Origin: a virus
Length of the DNA: 64,000 bases
IMG/VR virus record: IMGVR_UViG_3300010399_000033
Span: 46,244-110,243 of that record
Direction: 5' to 3' (one strand)
This document shows, piece after piece, positions 55,888 to 64,000 of the stretch; the first letter of the stretch is position 1, and each line of letters opens with the position of its first letter. The notes below the pieces were generated by a model that worked only from the letters and a program-made list of their open reading frames with translations, did no database searches and was not told where the DNA came from. The translations under genes were made by a program, and so were the position numbers.

Positions 55888-57228
55888 ATGCTGACAGCGG
55901 CGCACCTGGGCATCGCACCCCACGAGTTCGCGATTGCGTCCCTGCACGGGATTGGGGACACATGTCTGGTCGCCGGCCATATGAAGACGTTCGCCAACAC
56001 CCACCAGCATCCTGTTGTGATGGCCGTGCGTCAGGGACATCAGGAAGTCGCCTCGATGTTCCCGGGGGTATCGCGCACCGTCATCGTGCCGGAGTACGAG
56101 ATCGCGCCACTGACCAACACCATCACGGTCGGCGTGCCGCAGCCAGGTAATTTGTTTGTCGCGCACCCGTCCACCGTCCCCGCGCGACTTGATCACTGCG
56201 TCGCGCACGGCCGCATGTCGGACGCGGCGATGTACGCACTGATCCTGGGACTCCCGCCGCAGAGCCGCCTCGCGCTGCCCAGCATTCCGTCCGACAAGCG
56301 TGAGTTCGCACATGCGCTTGCTTCTGCACTTGGCATATCTCCGGGTCGGACGGCAGTTCTTGTGCCGCATGCGAACTCATGGCCGCCGATCGATAATATC
56401 TTCTGGGAGCAATTGCGCGCAAAGCTTCACAGTGTTGGATGGTGGGTGTGGGTGAATGACCCAGGCACGTTGCCGCTGCCTTGTGCGCTGCCGTTTCTTG
56501 AGGTTGCCGGATGGGTGATCGGCGCTAACTGCGGCTTCATGCAGATGGCTGTGCAGTCCGGCATTCAATGCCGCAAGACGATTCTATCGCGCGCGATGTA
56601 TCCGGACGAGCCGCATGGAGAGCGTCATCCGCTGCCGATCACGCGTATATGGCCAGACTACAGCATGTTTCGGAAGGTCGATGGCTACCAGTATGACATA
56701 GAGGAGTTCCGCGTGGACGGTCCCACCTCATGGCCAGGAGCGATTGCCGCTGTCACGCAGGGACGCAACGCACATGGCCCAGTGCCTGATCCAGGTCCGC
56801 TGTTGTTCATGGATGTGCAGATGTCACCAGGCGAGCTGCTGGACCGTCTGTCCATCATGGAGATCAAGCAGGCGCGGCTGCCATCCAAGGCGCAGCATCT
56901 GGCGACCGAGGTCACCAGGCTGGCGCCATTGCGTGAGCACCTTCTGCGCGCTCACCCCGAGATCGTCACGCTCGCGCAGGAACTGCGCAATCTCAACGAT
57001 CAGGCGTGGACTCTAAACGAGGTGTTGATCACAGACTACCAACACAACGTCGGCGGCCCCGGCTGGCATGTCGTCCAGGACAGCATAGTCGACGGACTGA
57101 CGCACGTCGAACGGCACGTGAGGACAGCGTACGAGGCTCATCACTGCAACAGGCGGAGGGTCGAGGTCCGCAATGATATTGACGCCCACTGCAGGGCGGG
57201 TCATGTGGAGGTGAAGTCTTACAGATGA
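55888..57228 (+). CDS. GT9/heptosyltransferase-like protein with a C-terminal DUF6165-like domain
   Basis: GIGD, VIG.N.GFMQMA; SPGELLDRLSI.EIK...LN...W..N...N.RR......ID....VKSY. Confidence 0.6.
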   Translation: MLTAAHLGIAPHEFAIASLHGIGDTCLVAGHMKTFANTHQHPVVMAVRQGHQEVASMFPGVSRTVIVPEYEIAPLTNTITVGVPQPGNLFVAHPSTVPARLDHCVAHGRMSDAAMYALILGLPPQSRLALPSIPSDKREFAHALASALGISPGRTAVLVPHANSWPPIDNIFWEQLRAKLHSVGWWVWVNDPGTLPLPCALPFLEVAGWVIGANCGFMQMAVQSGIQCRKTILSRAMYPDEPHGERHPLPITRIWPDYSMFRKVDGYQYDIEEFRVDGPTSWPGAIAAVTQGRNAHGPVPDPGPLLFMDVQMSPGELLDRLSIMEIKQARLPSKAQHLATEVTRLAPLREHLLRAHPEIVTLAQELRNLNDQAWTLNEVLITDYQHNVGGPGWHVVQDSIVDGLTHVERHVRTAYEAHHCNRRRVEVRNDIDAHCRAGHVEVKSYR

Positions 57229-57461
57229 CCAACAACAATGCAGGGCGCATCGCACTTGCACTCCTGTCGATCCCGGCGGTCGGATGCCTCGCTGTCTATC
57301 TGACGATCTCTCAGAAGCAGCGGACAGCGCAGGTCCGTCCGGGAGTCGACTACTGCAAGAACGTGGTGGTCGTGCCTAACCCGGAGGTTCCTGGTGCGTG
57401 GCGGCCGGTCGTGTTCTCCTCGTGCCCAGGGTCACAACCGTCAGGGAGCGCTGCGCCGTGA
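57225..57461 (+). CDS. Small single-TM protein
   Basis: N-terminal TM; C-terminal C..CP..SGSAAP. Confidence 0.55.
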   Translation: MTNNNAGRIALALLSIPAVGCLAVYLTISQKQRTAQVRPGVDYCKNVVVVPNPEVPGAWRPVVFSSCPGSQPSGSAAP

Positions 57462-57616
57462 GCCCGGTCGCAAGGCTGTTGTTGTCACTCGCCGCTGCAG
57501 GCTTCTTTTACACGGCTTTCATGGCTAGCACGCACCACCGCATCGAGCCACCGGGAGATCTGTGCACCGTCAACGGCGTGACATGTCCTTCTCGAAGTGG
57601 GAGCGCTGCGCCGTGA
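57458..57616 (+). CDS. Small single-TM protein, paralogous tail
   Basis: GTGA overlap; ends CPSRSGSAAP. Confidence 0.5.
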   Translation: MSPVARLLLSLAAAGFFYTAFMASTHHRIEPPGDLCTVNGVTCPSRSGSAAP

Positions 57617-57833
57617 GCCGCAACAAGAACCGCCTGACAAACGCGCAGCGGGAAGCGCTGGCGCACGCTGAGATGGTGGAGGCGCAGGCTACCCACCTCG
57701 CGACCCCTGTCACCCGCGAGGAGCTGATCAAGCTGCTGCGCGAGATCGCGCACGAGTACGACATGACACGCAGGACACCGCCGCACCCGCCGCAGCAGCT
57801 GCTCCGTGACCTGGCCGAAAGGTTGTGCTTCAA

Positions 57834-58565
57834 ATGACCGATGTAGTCGAGCAACTCCGCCGAGACGGGATTGTGGTACTGCCGCGCAGGTTCGAGAACG
57901 TCGCAGGCATGGTACGGCATCTCGACACCAAGCCTGTCTACGAGAACCACGTCAGGCAGCGCAAGCCGCCGGTACAGGGTGGACTTGGCAGTCACCCATG
58001 GATGTGCCGCGACATGCATGACGTGCTGCGCGCGCCGGGATGGCTGGAAACAGCATTGTCGACCTACGATATCGTCAAGGAGTATCTGGGACGTCCGCCG
58101 CTCCTTTACAGCGTCAACGTGTTCTACACAGAGCCGTCACCTCCGCAGCCCAAGGCCGATATTCAGGGGTGGCACAGGGACACCGACGACAGCGCATTCC
58201 TCGCGCTGTTCGCCTACCTGACGGACGTCCACCAACCCGAGGATGGCGCGCATGAGTACGTGCTGGGATCACAGGGGGACGCGATCAAGAAAGACAGAGA
58301 CCATCCTACGGAATCCTCGCGTATCGGCCGGGTCCTTGGTGATGCCGGCAGAATGTTCCTCAGCGATCCGCGCGGGCTGCACAGGGGCCTTGTTCCGGAG
58401 CACAGGCGAAGGGCGATAGCGTGGGCGCGATGGGGTGTCAGTGATCCGCCGCCGTCATACGTGTGGGACATGCTAGAGCCCATGCCTGCGGAGTCGCTGG
58501 GCTACGGCAGGTATCCGAATGATCAGGAGCTGCGCGACGCGATAAGATTGGTGGTGCGTGCATGA
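57834..58565 (+). CDS. PhyH-like 2OG-Fe(II) dioxygenase
   Basis: L.RDGIVVL, WHRDTD (HxD), DGAHEYV.GS, GLHRG. Confidence 0.8.
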   Translation: MTDVVEQLRRDGIVVLPRRFENVAGMVRHLDTKPVYENHVRQRKPPVQGGLGSHPWMCRDMHDVLRAPGWLETALSTYDIVKEYLGRPPLLYSVNVFYTEPSPPQPKADIQGWHRDTDDSAFLALFAYLTDVHQPEDGAHEYVLGSQGDAIKKDRDHPTESSRIGRVLGDAGRMFLSDPRGLHRGLVPEHRRRAIAWARWGVSDPPPSYVWDMLEPMPAESLGYGRYPNDQELRDAIRLVVRA

Positions 58566-58879
58566 CCGATCTGAAAGCTGACATCGAGCAGCGTATGCTG
58601 AAGATCCTGGGTGAGGAGATCAGGCTGGTCGCTAGACAGGAATACAACTGCGAGACCTGCGGCGAACCCACCGTGTGGATGGTCAAGCCGGGAACCTTGG
58701 AGCGCGCTGTGTCGTGCATCGTTGTCAGCATCGAGGCCGGTGCCGAGCTTGCAGCGAAGAAGGTCGCGCTAGAGATCCTTGCAGAGAAGGATGCCGAGAT
58801 CGCGCGCCTGAGATCCCGACTGGCGGGCCTGGAGGAATATTCCGACACCTACGGTCCGGGGGTGGAGGTAGTGCCATGA
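58562..58879 (+). CDS. Hypothetical protein
   Basis: ATGA-coupled ORF. Confidence 0.5.
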   Translation: MTDLKADIEQRMLKILGEEIRLVARQEYNCETCGEPTVWMVKPGTLERAVSCIVVSIEAGAELAAKKVALEILAEKDAEIARLRSRLAGLEEYSDTYGPGVEVVP

Positions 58880-59081
58880 TTGTGGAATGCACCGCTGTGT
58901 GGCTCACGCTGCAGCTCGCCGCGATCGACGCCGGTGTGAAGCACTACGACCCGGCCGTCTACGGCTACATGTCGGTTGTACTCAACAGGAACGAGCGCAC
59001 CCGCGCGGAGTACGATCGAGATCATCTGATAGAGCAGTACAAGAAGACCTGCGGAACGCGGTGAGCCAGGAGGCTTGAGCT

Positions 59082-59495
59082 ATGGCGGGACTCAACCTGC
59101 ATCAGCTTGCTCGCGGCTACATCAACGTAGTCAATCCGGACATTCCCGCCATCCTGCGCAAGAGCGCGGGATACACGATTGATGATGATGGAACGCAGAT
59201 CCCGGCATACGAAGCGCCGGTCACGGTATCCGCGCAGGTCCAGTCGCTGACCACGCGCGACTTGCGGCAGCTGGAAGCGCTGAATATCCAGAACGCGGGG
59301 ATTGCCGTCTACTTCAACGGCGTCATTGACGGCGTCCTCCGCGTCAGTCAGAAGGGCGGCGATCTTGTCGAGTTTCCTGCGGTGCTTCCGGACAATCCGG
59401 AGCTTGCGGGAACTGTCTGGCTGACTACGAATGTGCTGGAGCAATGGCCGACAGGATGGTGCAAGGTCTCGCTGACCTTGCAGAATGGAAGCTGA
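59082..59495 (+). CDS. Head-closure / neck protein
   Basis: LNLH, QVQ.L...DL..LE.LNIQ, R...KGGDL, LEQWP.GW; gene position. Confidence 0.75.
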   Translation: MAGLNLHQLARGYINVVNPDIPAILRKSAGYTIDDDGTQIPAYEAPVTVSAQVQSLTTRDLRQLEALNIQNAGIAVYFNGVIDGVLRVSQKGGDLVEFPAVLPDNPELAGTVWLTTNVLEQWPTGWCKVSLTLQNGS

Positions 59496-59496
59496 C

Positions 59497-60030
59497 ATGT
59501 CTGTCGAAGGCGGGGATCGGCTCAAGCGTGCTCTGGACCAGATCGCGCAGAAACTGGGATCGGCCAAGAGCGTCAAGGTTGGTTTCCTGGACAAGTCCAC
59601 CTATCCGGACGGAACGCCGGTCCCGATGGTGGCCGCCATCCAGGAGTTTGGCGCACCGCGCGCTGGAATTCCGCCACGCCCATTCATGCGTCCGACCGCA
59701 CATCAGAACCGCGATGAATGGGCGCGGGCGCTGCAAGCAGCGCTCGTAGCTAGCGAATGGGACACAAGCAAGGCGCTTGCCATGCTGGGTGAGCATGTGG
59801 CTGGCGATATTCGGATGGCGATCTCCAAGCTAGCGTCGCCTCCGCTTTCGCTCGTCACGCTGATGCTGCGCAAGATGAAGGCGGAAACGCCTGGCTTGAA
59901 GGTGACGCGCAAGACGGTTGAGATCGCGCGTCAGCGTGTGGCGGCCGGCGAGTCAGTAGCTGGAGCTTCGACCAAGCCCTTGGTCGAAACCGGAAATCTG
60001 CTCAGCTCGGTTGAGTACGAAGTCGAGTAA
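59497..60030 (+). CDS. Neck / tail completion protein
   Basis: VKVGF....YPDGTPV..VAAIQEFG...IPPRPFMR, KPLVETG.L. Confidence 0.8.
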   Translation: MSVEGGDRLKRALDQIAQKLGSAKSVKVGFLDKSTYPDGTPVPMVAAIQEFGAPRAGIPPRPFMRPTAHQNRDEWARALQAALVASEWDTSKALAMLGEHVAGDIRMAISKLASPPLSLVTLMLRKMKAETPGLKVTRKTVEIARQRVAAGESVAGASTKPLVETGNLLSSVEYEVE

Positions 60031-60048
60031 AAAGCTAATTCACATCTC

Positions 60049-60774
60049 ATGACCATTACCGTCGCCCCGACTCAGCGGGACGCGCTCACGGCGCTGCGTG
60101 CGCTCGTGCTCAGCGTGATCCCGGGTATTGAATGCATCCGTGGACAGGTCAACCGCGTCCCCGAGCCGCGTTCTCCCGACTTCATCGTGATGTGGCCGAT
60201 CATGCGCGCCCGCGCGGCGACCAACGTGGTCAGCTACGCGGATTGCCGCTTCACAGCATCGATTGCCGGAACGGTGATGGACGTCACCAATGTCAGTTTC
60301 GGGACGATCGAGGCCGGCGCTAAGCTTCTAGGCTCAGGCCTGTCAGGAACGGCAGTGGTTACAGGAACGCTTTCGGGCACAGGAGGCGTGGGCACATACA
60401 GTGTGTCTCCCACGCAAACATTGTCTTCGCAAGTGCTCGCTACCGGAGTCATGAATATTGGACAGTCGACCGAGTTGACGGTGCAGCTTGATGTGCATGG
60501 TCCTGCATCAGCTGAGAACGCGCAGATCCTGACGACACTCCTGCGCGACGATTATGCAAATCTATTGTTCGCCCGCACGGGATTTCCGGACGTAACCGCG
60601 CTGTACACGGACGATCCGCGCCAAGTTCCATTTATCAATGCCGAGTCCCAGTACGAGGACCGCTGGGTTGTTGATTCGCACCTGCACCTCGATGCCGTTG
60701 TGCAGGACATCCCGCAAGAGTTCATGGACGAGATCATTGTCACGACTGTTGAGGTCGATGACTCGGACGTGTAG
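60049..60774 (+). CDS. Tail terminator-like protein with one Ser/Thr/Gly-rich insert
   Basis: GQVNRVPEP, VQLDVHG, LRD, P....E.QYEDRW. Confidence 0.75.
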   Translation: MTITVAPTQRDALTALRALVLSVIPGIECIRGQVNRVPEPRSPDFIVMWPIMRARAATNVVSYADCRFTASIAGTVMDVTNVSFGTIEAGAKLLGSGLSGTAVVTGTLSGTGGVGTYSVSPTQTLSSQVLATGVMNIGQSTELTVQLDVHGPASAENAQILTTLLRDDYANLLFARTGFPDVTALYTDDPRQVPFINAESQYEDRWVVDSHLHLDAVVQDIPQEFMDEIIVTTVEVDDSDV

Positions 60775-60804
60775 AGACAGCGTGAGGAAAAGGAGTCCAA
60801 TTCT

Positions 60805-62790
60805 ATGAGCACGATTCCGGCAAGTGAAATCGTCCAGGTAAATCCGGCCGTACTTCCCGCGGGCGGCAGGGCGCTTGATATCAACGGGGTGATCCTCACC
60901 CACTCCACCCGTGTTCCGGTCGGAGCTGTTCAGCCATTTGCGACAGCGGATGATGTCTCCGACTACTTCGGAGGTTCCTCGCAGGAGGCGGACCTCGCCG
61001 ACAACTATTTCAATGGCTTCGAGAACAGCTCGATCAAGCCGGCGCAGGTGTTTTACACACAGTTCAATCCGACCGCTGTCCCCGCCTACCTGCGTGGCGG
61101 CACGATCTCGGGCATCACTTTGCAGCAGCTGCAGCTTCTGTCGGGCACTTTGATCCTGACGGTCGACGGCTATTTGCGGACGTCCGCGTCAATCAGCCTT
61201 GCTGCCGCGACGTCGTTCTCGTCGGCCGCTGCCCTGATCCAGGCGGGCTTTGTCGGAACCGAGCCGACTGCGGCAACCGTCACCGGATCCATCGGCCCGG
61301 GCACCGCATCCCTCAATGGCTATATTGACGGAAACATTTTGACGGCAACGACCGTCACCGGTACCCTGCGTGTCGGCGGATCGGTCGGCGGCTCAGGCGT
61401 TGCTGTCGGCACTCGCATCACCGGACAGCTGTCAGGTGTTGATGGTGCTGCTGGCACTTACGCTGTGTCGATCTCGCAGACCGTTCCCGCGACAGCAATG
61501 ACCCTGACCTTCGGCATCCTGACGGTCGCGTCTGTCGCCTCGGGCTTCGTCGACACTGGGCAGACCGTAACCGGAACCGGCGGAGGTGGTGTGACGGCCG
61601 GCACCATAATCACAGCCGGCCTGTCAGGGACGGGCGGAACCGGCACCTATATCGTCGCGCCTTCGGGTACGGTGTCGAGCACGACCCTTGTCCTCAAGGC
61701 GACCCCGCTGACCGTGACCTACGACAGCACCAGCAACTCCTTCCTGCTGACCTCGGGTGTCGCGGGCGCCGCCTCGACCGTGACCTTCGCGACAGGGACG
61801 CTCGCCGCGTCGATCAACTTCACCCAGGCGGAGGCTGCCGTCCTGTCCCAGGGCGCCAACCCGGCGACCCCCGGCACGTTTATGGACTCGATCACTGACG
61901 TCACCCAGAACTGGGCGACCTTCATGACGGCATTCGATCCCGACTCGGGTTCCGGCTTCAACACCCAGAAGCTGCTGTTCGCGCAGTGGACGGCCGAGTC
62001 CAACAATCGCTACGCCTATGTGTGCTGGGATCCGGACGAGGGTCCGGCAGCGACCAATCCCGACGTCGCTTCCCTTGGATGGCTGCTCAATCAGTCGAAC
62101 TCGTCGGGCACCTTCCTGTTCGGGCAGGGGGTTGGGGCCAGCAATGGTGCGGGTGACGCCGTCCCTGTCACCGCGAACTACGCGGCCTTCATCTGCGGGG
62201 CGGCTGCCTCCATCAACTTCGAGCAGTTCAACGGCCGCACGACCTTCGCCTTCCGCATTCAGTCCGGCCTGTTCCCGACGGTCACCGACGCGACCAGCGC
62301 GAACAACCTGCTGCAGAACGGGTACAACTACTACGGCGCCTACGCTACCGCGAACGACGACTTCATCTGGGTGTACAACGGGCAGATCTCGGGCGAGTTC
62401 CTGTGGATGGACTCGTACATCAACCAGATCTGGATGAACAACGCCTTCCAGCTGGCGCTGATGGTTCTGCTCAAGTCGGCGAAGTCGATCCCGTACAACA
62501 CGGCCGGCTACTCGCTGATCTCGGCTGCGCTTCTCGACCCGATCCTCGCCGCTGTCAACTTCGGCGCGATCAGGCCGGGCATCACCCTGTCCGAGTCGCA
62601 GGCGGCGCAGGTCAACAGTCAGGCGGGTGTCAAGATCGACGATATCCTGAACCGGCAGGGCTGGTACCTGCAGGTCCGCGACGCCAGCCCACAGGTCCGG
62701 CAGGCCCGCGGCACCCCGCCCTGCACCTTCTGGTATATGGACGGGCAAAGTGTTCAGAGGATAGTCTTGGCGTCCATTGAATTGACTTAA
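60805..62790 (+). CDS. Tail sheath protein (DUF3383) with two Ser/Thr/Gly-rich inserts
   Basis: IPASEIV.V.P.VL, YF.GF.NS...P, QNWATF, GYNYYG.YA, W.DSY.NQIW, FWYMDG.SVQ. Confidence 0.9.
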   Translation: MSTIPASEIVQVNPAVLPAGGRALDINGVILTHSTRVPVGAVQPFATADDVSDYFGGSSQEADLADNYFNGFENSSIKPAQVFYTQFNPTAVPAYLRGGTISGITLQQLQLLSGTLILTVDGYLRTSASISLAAATSFSSAAALIQAGFVGTEPTAATVTGSIGPGTASLNGYIDGNILTATTVTGTLRVGGSVGGSGVAVGTRITGQLSGVDGAAGTYAVSISQTVPATAMTLTFGILTVASVASGFVDTGQTVTGTGGGGVTAGTIITAGLSGTGGTGTYIVAPSGTVSSTTLVLKATPLTVTYDSTSNSFLLTSGVAGAASTVTFATGTLAASINFTQAEAAVLSQGANPATPGTFMDSITDVTQNWATFMTAFDPDSGSGFNTQKLLFAQWTAESNNRYAYVCWDPDEGPAATNPDVASLGWLLNQSNSSGTFLFGQGVGASNGAGDAVPVTANYAAFICGAAASINFEQFNGRTTFAFRIQSGLFPTVTDATSANNLLQNGYNYYGAYATANDDFIWVYNGQISGEFLWMDSYINQIWMNNAFQLALMVLLKSAKSIPYNTAGYSLISAALLDPILAAVNFGAIRPGITLSESQAAQVNSQAGVKIDDILNRQGWYLQVRDASPQVRQARGTPPCTFWYMDGQSVQRIVLASIELT

Positions 62791-62804
62791 GTGGACTGAC
62801 AGCG

Positions 62805-62840
62805 CAGGCTCCTGCTAACCTAAACATTTAGCAGGAGCCT
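62805..62840 (+). promoter_or_regulatory. 14-bp hairpin sequestering the RBS of the downstream HNH gene
   Basis: CAGGCTCCTGCTAA...TTAGCAGGAGCCTG; the AGGAG lies in the 3' arm, with ATG at 62846. Confidence 0.7.
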
Positions 62841-62845
62841 GAGTA

Positions 62846-63460
62846 ATGCCTCGGGAATGGAATAGAATCAGGAATTCGTTGGAGCATGTTTACCGGCAGC
62901 AGAAGCGAAATGCGGTCCGCCGCGGGATCGTGTTTCTGCTGTCGTTCGATGAGTGGCTAGAAATTTGGGAAGCTTCCGGTTTCCTGGATATGCGCGGCCG
63001 TCGATCGAACGAGTATTGCATGTCCAGGATCGGTGACTGTGGTGCGTATGCAATCGGGAATGTCGTGATCAAAACGAATGGCGACAACCATCGGGAGCGC
63101 GCACCAGCGCAGCACACGGAAGCTTTCAAACGCAAAATGAGTCGGCGACTTCGTGGAAATAAGTACGGCAAAGGACAAAAGCTTGGGTTCAGGCACACAG
63201 AAGAAAGTCGATTGTGTATTGGTGAGGCGAGTAAGGCTGCTTGGAAAGACCCAGCATATCGGAAAAAGATGCGCAAGCGTGATAGATTGAATTCAAAACG
63301 GCTTCAGGGGCATGAAGTCACCCCTGAGACTCGCGAGAAAATTGGAGCGGCGCATATCGGTCGGGAACACTCTGTATCTACTCGCACGAAGATGAGCGCA
63401 ACGCACAGAAAGCGGCAGTGCATGATCAGGGCCGCGTTGTCCAAGATGCAAGAGGAGTAA
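62846..63460 (+). CDS. Free-standing HNH-like homing endonuclease with NUMOD3-like repeats
   Basis: Paralog of 11992..12468; HTEAFKRKMS, HTEESR..I, TPETREKIG. Confidence 0.75.
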   Translation: MPREWNRIRNSLEHVYRQQKRNAVRRGIVFLLSFDEWLEIWEASGFLDMRGRRSNEYCMSRIGDCGAYAIGNVVIKTNGDNHRERAPAQHTEAFKRKMSRRLRGNKYGKGQKLGFRHTEESRLCIGEASKAAWKDPAYRKKMRKRDRLNSKRLQGHEVTPETREKIGAAHIGREHSVSTRTKMSATHRKRQCMIRAALSKMQEE

Positions 63461-63463
63461 GCA

Positions 63464-63913
63464 ATGGCTGGTAGTATCACGTCTGTCAACTCGGTGATCT
63501 CTATGTCGGTCACCAACCTGTTCGCGGCGCCGCAGGTTCTGCAGGGCTACTCCGCGGACGACATCTTCACTAACGAGGCGATCGACGCGGCCGAGACGAT
63601 GATGGGCCTCGACAGCAAGCTGGCAGCGGGATTCGTTCCGTCGGCCGTTACCCAGAACTACGTTCTGATGGCGAACAGCCCGTCCCTTCCCTTCTTCGAC
63701 GAGTGGTACCGCGCAATGAAGGAGACGAAAGATGTGTTCTTCGCGCAGGCCGTTATCGTGCTGCCCTCGGTGTTCATGAAGTACACGATGATCAACGGTG
63801 TGCTGCGCAACTACCCTCCACTGCCTAACGCCTCGCGCACCCTGCGCCCGCGCACCTTCACCATTGTCTGGGAATCCGCCGATCCGCAGGTGATCGCGGC
63901 AGGGGCTGCGTGA
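63464..63913 (+). CDS. Tail tube protein (putative)
   Basis: ITS.N, LQGYSADDIF, MGLD.KLAAGFV; follows the sheath. Confidence 0.75.
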   Translation: MAGSITSVNSVISMSVTNLFAAPQVLQGYSADDIFTNEAIDAAETMMGLDSKLAAGFVPSAVTQNYVLMANSPSLPFFDEWYRAMKETKDVFFAQAVIVLPSVFMKYTMINGVLRNYPPLPNASRTLRPRTFTIVWESADPQVIAAGAA

Positions 63914-63917
63914 TCTC

Positions 63918-64000
63918 ATGCGCAAGGCCGAGATCGTACAGATCGACGAGGGGTCGCGGGAGACGAACCGCGACTTCGGAAAGAAGTTCCTCCTCACCGA
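63918..64000 (+). CDS. Tail assembly chaperone-like protein (partial)
   Basis: MRKAEIVQI...NRDFGKKFLLT; follows the tube gene and runs off the window. Confidence 0.55.
   Translation, partial: MRKAEIVQIDEGSRETNRDFGKKFLLT

Noticed and set aside
1-64000. Prophage boundaries or integrase
   Set aside because: No integrase, att-flanked junction or host housekeeping genes were seen. Lifestyle cannot be determined from this window.

Overview
This window is 64 kb of a GC-rich tailed phage genome with a contractile tail. The head and tail module is of the DUF1073 portal / MuF / DUF2213 / DUF2184 capsid / DUF4054 / DUF3383 sheath type. The host is probably an alphaproteobacterium, inferred from a Rhizobiales-style XRE regulator and a DUF3489-like domain. 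Layout: (i) a divergent early region at 1-6.4 kb with an amidoligase and two gamma-glutamylcyclotransferases; (ii) a minus-strand replication block at 6.4-13.5 kb (SNF2 helicase, ThyX, DUF3310, DnaB-like helicase, HNH); (iii) a hairpin-rich divergence region, then a plus-strand late region with NADAR, sulfotransferase, NusG-like factor, tRNA-Leu, TerS, TerL, head genes, a ~16 kb insert and neck/tail genes. Two candidate systems stand out. First, the portal is a 1762-aa polyprotein carrying GNAT, helical-repeat and ADP-ribosyltransferase domains, and a second head gene carries Nudix plus kinase-like domains. Three of these cargo segments start with the same A-x-D...F-x-E-x-x-H-P-R...G-K-F tag, and A-x-D motifs recur throughout the head proteins, suggesting protease-released, capsid-packaged effectors. 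Second, a sugar synthesis, transfer and tailoring island sits between the head and neck genes. It holds a split TPP enzyme, a ColD-type dehydratase, an SDR, an intein-containing B12 radical SAM enzyme, three glycosyltransferase-like genes, a methyltransferase and a dioxygenase. A Ser/Thr/Gly-rich module shared by three virion proteins is a candidate acceptor, pointing to virion glycosylation with a branched dideoxy sugar. All family calls come from motif recognition by eye with no database searches. Several apparent frameshifts may be sequencing errors.
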